From: a virus | Strand: one strand, 5' to 3' | Length of the DNA: 64,000 nucleotides | IMG/VR virus record: IMGVR_UViG_3300045988_108212 | Location: 93,286-157,285 of that record | In this document: in pieces, positions 58,111 to 64,000 of the stretch | How the letters are laid out: each line of letters begins with the position of its first letter | How positions within the stretch are numbered: the stretch's first letter is position 1 | Notes under the pieces: model-generated | Databases searched by the model: none | The model's input: only the letters and a program-made list of their open reading frames with translations | What the model was told of the DNA's origin: nothing | Position numbers and translations under genes: made by a program

Positions 58111-59491
58111 TAAAAAACTTTTAAAGTTCGCAGTTGAAATGAAAGAAGACCCCGTAAAGGTAGAGAAATCTCAGTTCACAAAATTGCATTTACGCATTTA
58201 TAGTGCCGACAAAATTAATGATCATAATTTCATCATGAGTATGGATGTGTTGAAAAAATATGCTGATACAATTGCTGGTAAGCCTCTTTTGGCTTATTAC
58301 AACAAGAACGGTGATTATGGTAAAGGTGATTTTGGGGGACATGAACACAGTCCACTAGCACAGGAAATCGCAGTTGGGTTTATTCCTTTTAATCCAGAAA
58401 TTTCTTATGAAATAGAAAATGCTACTACATATTTATGTGTCGATGGATACATTTGGAATACATATTACGAGCATATTGTCGATGTGTTCTATAAAGATGG
58501 TGGCATTAAAGGTGTTTCGGTTGAGATGTATGTTTTAGATTCTAAATTGCAAAAGAATAATGTTGAGGAAATATTACAATATTCTTTTACTGGAGTAACA
58601 TTAATTGGCAAAACAGATGCTTATAATACAAAAATTAAGCCTGCTGTTGATGGGTGTCAAGCAAAAATTATACAATTCGCTGCTATTACATTAGATGATG
58701 TGATGCAGCCAGAATTTAATAAAGCAAAACAACTATTTGAAAAACAATTAGTTAAAAATGCAATTGAGGAGCCAGAATCTGATGGTTCTATTTTATTGCA
58801 AAAAAATAAATCAGAGAAGGAGGAAGAAATGGCAGAAACTTCAAAAGATCTCGAAAAAGAAATCAAAGATACAGAAGAAAAAGAAATTATTGAAAATTCT
58901 ACAGAAGTTGTTGAAAGCAATATTGTTATTGAGAATTCCACAGAGGAAGTTCCTGAGACTGTTGAAAATGCAGAAAGCAATGGTCAAGCAGTTGAAGAAA
59001 ATAGTAATGAAGTTGTTGAAAACTCTGACGATGTGGACAAGAACAGTGATCCAGATATTCAGGAAAATGACACAGAAGAAACTGAAAGCTCTTGTGATTA
59101 CGATGAATTAAGCCAGAAATGTGCTGAATTTGCAACCGCTTTAAAAGAAAAAGAATCTGAAAATGAAGCATTGAGAATTGAAAACGCTTCTCTTCGTGAA
59201 TTCAAACATAACAAAGAGATGGAAGATGTTACAAAAACAGTAAATCTTGTTCTTAACAGCGTATCTAGCACATTATCCGCAAAGCAATTAACTGAGTGGA
59301 AAGAAAAAGGATTACAGTGCAACGCTTCTACTGTTGATGGGTATGTAAATAGCTTAAAAGCATTTGCTTATGATATCCAGCAAGAAAAAGGCGTACAAGA
59401 AAAAGAATTATTAAGAAACTCAATCCCTACTCAGGCAGTTGAAACAGAGCCTGAGTCTGAAGACATTTGGGAAAGAATGAAAAACTATTAA
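58103..59491 (+). CDS. scaffolding-like protein (acidic repeat centre, coiled-coil C-terminus)
   Basis: It lies between the portal and capsid genes, with an E/N/V-rich repeat (ENSTEVVESNIVIENSTEEVPETVENAESN..) and a coiled coil. Confidence 0.5.
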   Translation: MSDKKLLKFAVEMKEDPVKVEKSQFTKLHLRIYSADKINDHNFIMSMDVLKKYADTIAGKPLLAYYNKNGDYGKGDFGGHEHSPLAQEIAVGFIPFNPEISYEIENATTYLCVDGYIWNTYYEHIVDVFYKDGGIKGVSVEMYVLDSKLQKNNVEEILQYSFTGVTLIGKTDAYNTKIKPAVDGCQAKIIQFAAITLDDVMQPEFNKAKQLFEKQLVKNAIEEPESDGSILLQKNKSEKEEEMAETSKDLEKEIKDTEEKEIIENSTEVVESNIVIENSTEEVPETVENAESNGQAVEENSNEVVENSDDVDKNSDPDIQENDTEETESSCDYDELSQKCAEFATALKEKESENEALRIENASLREFKHNKEMEDVTKTVNLVLNSVSSTLSAKQLTEWKEKGLQCNASTVDGYVNSLKAFAYDIQQEKGVQEKELLRNSIPTQAVETEPESEDIWERMKNY

Positions 59492-59510
59492 ACCTAAAAG
59501 GAGGACAAAA

Positions 59511-60029
59511 ATGGCAACTAATATTCTTATTTTAAGATCAGCTGCATCTGGGGACAACGATGTAAAAACTGGTGTGACTACAACTGAAGTTGAAAATGGA
59601 TATGCTGTTGCACTTGGCGAAGTTTCAACAGATAGAGAAACACGTAACGCATTCAAGGTAGCAGCTCCTACAGAAGGAAAAGATTTAATCGGATTAGTAT
59701 ACAACGCTGACGTACCATCTCTGACAGACGGAATGGGAAACGTATTTAAAGGAATTACATCTGATCCTAGAACAATTAAATTTGAGGCAGGGACGCCTTT
59801 CAATATTTATATGCCTTCAATCGGAGACGAAATCGCAATGACAGAAATCTCTGGAGAAGCAACTGGCGCTAAATATGTTATTTACAAAGCTGGCGACAGC
59901 AAGCCTACATATTCAACAGATGGTACTGATGGATTATTAACATTCAAGATCACAGGAAAGAAATACGTTTCTGTTGGTGCTGAAAGAGTCCCAACTGTAG
60001 AACTGATTGCAGTACCAAACGTAGCTTAA
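59511..60029 (+). CDS. head-associated protein (decoration or auxiliary capsid protein?)
   Basis: AAAGGAGGACAAAA-ATG. It lies immediately upstream of the capsid gene and has a beta-rich composition. Confidence 0.45.
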   Translation: MATNILILRSAASGDNDVKTGVTTTEVENGYAVALGEVSTDRETRNAFKVAAPTEGKDLIGLVYNADVPSLTDGMGNVFKGITSDPRTIKFEAGTPFNIYMPSIGDEIAMTEISGEATGAKYVIYKAGDSKPTYSTDGTDGLLTFKITGKKYVSVGAERVPTVELIAVPNVA

Positions 60030-60052
60030 TAATAAAAGGAGGGATTTAAGAA

Positions 60053-61132
60053 ATGGCTTATAGAAAAATTGAATTTGCCACATCTGCTGGCAGAGATCTG
60101 ATTCCAGCATTCAAAGAATATGTGAATCATTATAGAAAAGAAAACTTTGCAACATCTAAAATCTTTAGCAGAAATACATCACTGGCTGACAAGAGAAAAT
60201 TAGTAGATAAAGTTGCTCATGCTGAAATTGCAAAATTCGCTAATGTGGATGAGTCCTTAGTTGGATCTACACAGTTAGTAACACATCCTGTATATAACTG
60301 GGCTTTCTTCGCAGTTGTAAACAAACTGGTTGATGCAGTTATTCCTGATGTTGTAGCAGAAGATTTTGCAGCTGTCGCAAATGTAACAACTGTTGGTAGA
60401 GGAAACTCTGCAACATTCAAATTAAAATCTAACGATTTATTTGAAGTATCCGTGAATGGAAACAGCCGTAGACATGTAAATGCTCAGAAACAGTTCACAG
60501 GTGAGAAAACTTTAACCCCTGTTAACCATACAATCACAACACAGGTTGATCTGTATAGAGTTATGATTGGAGAAGACTCTTTAGCTGAATATGCTATGAA
60601 AGTAATCTTATCTATCGAAGCTGAAATTTCTGTAGACATTGCTTACACAATGCAGAAATCTTTTGATACAAGAACAGCTAATTTCAAAGCAACAGGATTC
60701 TCTGGTGCAACATTCCAGAAATTAGCCGCAAGAGTATCTGCTGCTAACGGTGGCGCTCGTGCAATCGCTTTTGGTACATCTATTGGATTAGGTGAAATCT
60801 TACCAGAAGATCAGTATTTAAAGATGGGTCTCGGTGAAACATATAATACAATCGGATACTTACCAGTATTCAAAGGTATTCCATTAATGGCAATTAATCA
60901 GACTATCGATTACACATCTGCCGATTATGATTTTGCAATTGATGACAAATACATCTATGTTGTATCTCCTGGACTCCAGAAATTGGTACAGGTTGTATTT
61001 GACGATGAAGGATTATATATTTCTGATAGCGAATTTGCTAATGGAAATTTAACACAGAATGCTTCATTACATAAAGGATGGGCTACAGGACTGATCACAA
61101 ATGCAAAACATGGAGTTGTTAAATTAAGTTAA
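60053..61132 (+). CDS. major capsid protein
   Basis: 359 aa with AAAGGAGGG SD. Position after scaffold, followed by a strong terminator, fits a highly expressed gene. The family was not verified. Confidence 0.6.
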   Translation: MAYRKIEFATSAGRDLIPAFKEYVNHYRKENFATSKIFSRNTSLADKRKLVDKVAHAEIAKFANVDESLVGSTQLVTHPVYNWAFFAVVNKLVDAVIPDVVAEDFAAVANVTTVGRGNSATFKLKSNDLFEVSVNGNSRRHVNAQKQFTGEKTLTPVNHTITTQVDLYRVMIGEDSLAEYAMKVILSIEAEISVDIAYTMQKSFDTRTANFKATGFSGATFQKLAARVSAANGGARAIAFGTSIGLGEILPEDQYLKMGLGETYNTIGYLPVFKGIPLMAINQTIDYTSADYDFAIDDKYIYVVSPGLQKLVQVVFDDEGLYISDSEFANGNLTQNASLHKGWATGLITNAKHGVVKLS

Positions 61133-61147
61133 TATAACAAAATGGTT

Positions 61148-61175
61148 GAGAGGGTCAAAACAGATCCTCTCTTTT
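61148..61175 (+). terminator. rho-independent terminator
   Basis: GAGAGG-N12-CCTCTC followed by TTTT. Confidence 0.75.
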
Positions 61176-61195
61176 GAATAAAGGAGCGATTAAAA

Positions 61196-61930
61196 ATGGC
61201 AGAGACTAAATCTACCAAAACAACAGCTAAAACATCTACGACTAGAAAATCAACTTCTAATTGTACCAAAGATGATTTGGTTAAAATGAATCAAGACTTG
61301 CAGGAATCAAACGCAAAGTTACAGAAACAGATACAAGAAATGATGGAAAATATGAAAATTTTAATGGCTGAAAAAACTGAGATTGAAAAGAAAAACGAAG
61401 AAATGCAAGAATCTCTTGATTCTGTTTCTGAATCAGAATATACAGACATCAATCCATTAAAGCCAATTAAAATTGTTTCGTTAACTGATGGTACAGTTGT
61501 ACTCAAAACACAGCCAAGCGGTGGCAAAGAATTTACAATCGACAAGTTTGGAAGTGCTATTACTGTTACATATCAGGACTTACAGAATATTATTATCAAC
61601 GACCGATCATTTATTGAGGACGGTGCAGTTTTCATTTGTGATAAAGATGTTGTTAATAATAACTATTTAGATGAATATTACAATAACTTCTTAACATTAG
61701 ATACAATCAAAAATATTTTATCATTTGATATTGATCATGTTACAGACATGGTGGCTAATACTACAGAATCTATTCAGGAATCTATTATCTCTTTACTTGT
61801 TAAAAAAATTAATAACAATGAATATGTAGATATGAATAAAGTAAGTGCTATCGGTCGTGTTTGTAAGAAACAATGTGATATTTTAAGATTAGCAATGGAT
61901 ATGAGAAGTGTTAATGAATCTGCGAAGTAA
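61196..61930 (+). CDS. hypothetical structural-module protein
   Basis: AAAGGAGCG SD with an N-terminal coiled coil. Confidence 0.65.
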   Translation: MAETKSTKTTAKTSTTRKSTSNCTKDDLVKMNQDLQESNAKLQKQIQEMMENMKILMAEKTEIEKKNEEMQESLDSVSESEYTDINPLKPIKIVSLTDGTVVLKTQPSGGKEFTIDKFGSAITVTYQDLQNIIINDRSFIEDGAVFICDKDVVNNNYLDEYYNNFLTLDTIKNILSFDIDHVTDMVANTTESIQESIISLLVKKINNNEYVDMNKVSAIGRVCKKQCDILRLAMDMRSVNESAK

Positions 61931-61944
61931 TTCGGAGGTGTAAT

Positions 61945-62421
61945 ATGGACAAAACACCTTATACAGATATTATTGAGTTGGTTTTGGCACTGATGAAGTC
62001 ATATGAATTAGATTCAATTTATGATGACGCAATACAAAACTCAGAAGATAAGGACGATTCTTCTGGTGATAAAGCAATGATTTTATTTTTCTTACCTTAT
62101 TTCAAATATGCGTCTGGAGAACTGCAAATTGCAGGGTCATCAATTGACACAACAAGAGATGATGAAAAGATGTCTTTCTCTACTCTTCTAACAGATGGAG
62201 AACAGTTAATGTTTGCAAAATATATTCTGATAGGGTATTTACAGAAAGAGACATTTGACATTCTACAAATGAAGCTTCATTTACAAGACGGGGACTTCAA
62301 GACATTCGCAGAAAAAAATAATCTGGAAGCCAAACTCAATGCATTAAATACGTTGAAAGACGAAATTAGTTGGAACGTCACAAGAAGCGGATATCACGCT
62401 AATGAAAAAGTCTGGGGGTAA
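61945..62421 (+). CDS. hypothetical head-completion/connector-region protein
   Basis: CGGAGGTG SD. The function is suggested by position only. Confidence 0.55.
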   Translation: MDKTPYTDIIELVLALMKSYELDSIYDDAIQNSEDKDDSSGDKAMILFFLPYFKYASGELQIAGSSIDTTRDDEKMSFSTLLTDGEQLMFAKYILIGYLQKETFDILQMKLHLQDGDFKTFAEKNNLEAKLNALNTLKDEISWNVTRSGYHANEKVWG

Positions 62422-62423
62422 TT

Positions 62424-62729
62424 ATGGAATATATAAAAACCCTTTCAGTACAAAAAATTGATGAATACATAGATGTTCTAACAAGCAAAATTTATTCAGT
62501 TCTGCCATTGTACGAAGAACATTGTAGTAATATTGAGCTGAATAAAAAGATTGGAAATCTTATAGCTTTAACAAATGGATTTCTAATTATGTTAAACAAA
62601 GATAGCAAAATTTCTATTGAAATTCTTTCATATCTTTATCATTTACAAACCGTTTCTACGCACAAAGAAGTTCGGTCTTGTGTTCTAACCTCTTGTGCTC
62701 TTTTGCAAAAAATGAAGGATGGTGATTGA
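62424..62729 (+). CDS. hypothetical protein
   Basis: 101-aa ORF coupled to its neighbours. Confidence 0.6.
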   Translation: MEYIKTLSVQKIDEYIDVLTSKIYSVLPLYEEHCSNIELNKKIGNLIALTNGFLIMLNKDSKISIEILSYLYHLQTVSTHKEVRSCVLTSCALLQKMKDGD

Positions 62730-62730
62730 T

Positions 62731-63813
62731 ATGCCATTGGCTTCATACAAATTATCAAGAAAATTTCAAAAGTCTAATCCAAGAGAAGAGATGAAACGTA
62801 CAAAACGATTACAGGTAGAGTCGTTATATCATCTAGCAGTAGATAGGGAAGATAACGCTTTACTAAACGGTGAACCATTTGTGAAATCTCCTCGTGTGTT
62901 CGATGTAAGAACAACTGATGAGTCACATACGAAACTTACAATCGAAACTATTGAAAATGATGATCGTTTTGAAATCGGAGATTATGTTACGTTATCCGAT
63001 GGAATTTATTTGTGCATACACTCTTTTATTTTTCATGACCTATATTGTCGTGGAATATTTCAGAAATGTAATATGAATATATATTGGCTCAATGAAGGTG
63101 GTAAATTATGTTCTCAGTGGTGTATTGATTTAAATACAACACAGTACAACAGTGGAGAACAATCTGGACAATATATGAGAGTTGGATCAACTCAACATAT
63201 GCTCAAAATGCAGTGTAACGAAGAAACAGTCAAACTCGATTCTCCAAAAAGAATTTTCTTAGATAAAAATATGGATAACCCAACATGCTATAAAGTTAGC
63301 CAAAATGATAATACTCCATATAATTATGGATCAAAAGGATTGTGTTATATCACATTAGCACAGGCTGGTAAAAATACAGAAGCCGATAAGTGCATCACAT
63401 TAGATAATGGTACAAAAGCATGGGTTGCTGATTATTTTGAACCAGATACAAAACCTGAAGAAAAACCTATTGATCCAACACCTACGGAACCAGATGTCCC
63501 AGACACTCCTGTTGTTGAGCAGACTTGTACTGCTACTATTAAATATCGTTACAAGAAAGTTTATATAGGTAAAAAATCTACATTTACTGCTTCTTTTAAA
63601 GATAACGATGGTAATACAGTAGACACGAAACCTCAATGGAATATTGAATGTGATTTCAAAGACTCTATTAATATAGAAGAAACTGGTTCAAATTTGATTA
63701 TTTTGATCTCTGATGCTAGGTTAATTGGACGAACTTTTACTTTGAAATTATCTGCAAAAGATAATACTTCTTCTACCGCTTCTACCGAAGTATCTGTAGA
63801 GAGTTTGATTTAG
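62731..63813 (+). CDS. structural protein with C-terminal Ig-like (Big_2-type) domain
   Basis: A P/T/E linker (KPEEKPIDPTPTEPDVPDTP) is followed by TATIKYRYKKVYIGKKSTFTASFKDNDGNTVD..LIILISDARLIGRTFTLKLSAKD. Confidence 0.6.
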   Translation: MPLASYKLSRKFQKSNPREEMKRTKRLQVESLYHLAVDREDNALLNGEPFVKSPRVFDVRTTDESHTKLTIETIENDDRFEIGDYVTLSDGIYLCIHSFIFHDLYCRGIFQKCNMNIYWLNEGGKLCSQWCIDLNTTQYNSGEQSGQYMRVGSTQHMLKMQCNEETVKLDSPKRIFLDKNMDNPTCYKVSQNDNTPYNYGSKGLCYITLAQAGKNTEADKCITLDNGTKAWVADYFEPDTKPEEKPIDPTPTEPDVPDTPVVEQTCTATIKYRYKKVYIGKKSTFTASFKDNDGNTVDTKPQWNIECDFKDSINIEETGSNLIILISDARLIGRTFTLKLSAKDNTSSTASTEVSVESLI

Positions 63814-63823
63814 GAGGGATGGA

Positions 63824-64000
63824 ATGAGGAAAACTGATGAGATGATGGATAATCCTCTTGTTCTATCTGGTCTTATCAAAGACGTTGTAGGCAATATTTT
63901 TCTGACAAATGAAGATTTAACAGATTTAGTAATGCCTGTCTTAGACAATGACGATTATTCATATGAAGATAATTGGTTTGGATGTCGAATCAAAAAAAAC
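63824..64000 (+). CDS. hypothetical protein, N-terminal part (runs off right edge)
   Basis: AGGAGGGATGGA-ATG; the frame is open to the end of the window. Confidence 0.5.
   Translation, partial: MRKTDEMMDNPLVLSGLIKDVVGNIFLTNEDLTDLVMPVLDNDDYSYEDNWFGCRIKKN

Noticed and set aside
58657-59803. Multiple overlapping ORFs in other frames or strands across the scaffold gene (58657-58980, 58758-59111, 58926-59171, 59098-59322, 59420-59803).
   Set aside because: They are artefacts of the E/K/N-rich repetitive coding sequence. The long plus-strand frame with an SD and a module-consistent position explains the region.

Overview
This window is a low-GC segment (about 30-35% by eye) of a tailed dsDNA phage, prophage or phage-plasmid. 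The expression signals look Firmicutes-like: GGAGG/GGTGG Shine-Dalgarno sites and TTGACA-17-TATAAT promoters. All family calls come from motif recognition by eye; no searches were run.

The window has three parts.

(1) 1-35.0 kb holds about 63 tightly packed minus-strand genes, an early/accessory arm.
- It runs from a consensus promoter at 35.70-35.73 kb, with ArdA anti-restriction near the promoter-proximal end, followed by dozens of 55-220 aa orphan genes.
- It also contains two Bro-N/antirepressor-like genes, a DnaD-like replisome organizer, a tyrosine recombinase and a metallophosphatase.
- It contains a MazF/PemK-like toxin next to a catalytically degenerate integrase-like gene.
- It contains an RlmN/Cfr-like radical SAM enzyme with a CGGC-tailed partner, a flotillin plus a PspA-like coiled-coil protein, and a lone tRNA body split by a 74-nt insertion.

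(2) 35.0-38.8 kb is a hub of about 3.7 kb whose only convincing gene is one XRE regulator.
- It has hairpin-rich RNA candidates, palindromes and iteron-like repeats.
- Base composition is mirror-skewed, including a 107-nt tract with no G.
- It also has three degenerate ~55-nt direct repeats.

(3) 38.8-64 kb is the plus-strand arm.
- It encodes a YonO/QDE-1-like single-subunit RNA polymerase candidate, two HU/IHF-like proteins, a secreted 3D-domain protein and a third Bro-N protein.
- It has a 1.8-kb tRNA array: eight readable anticodons, up to three tRNA-like genes with abnormal anticodon loops, and a 590-nt GC-enriched tRNA-flanked gap.
- Downstream are a beta-CASP/MBL RNase, a ClpP-like protease and a second metallophosphatase.
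- The arm ends with the packaging and head module: small and large terminase, portal, scaffold and capsid.

No CRISPR array, transposase, tail genes or canonical endolysin were seen in this window.
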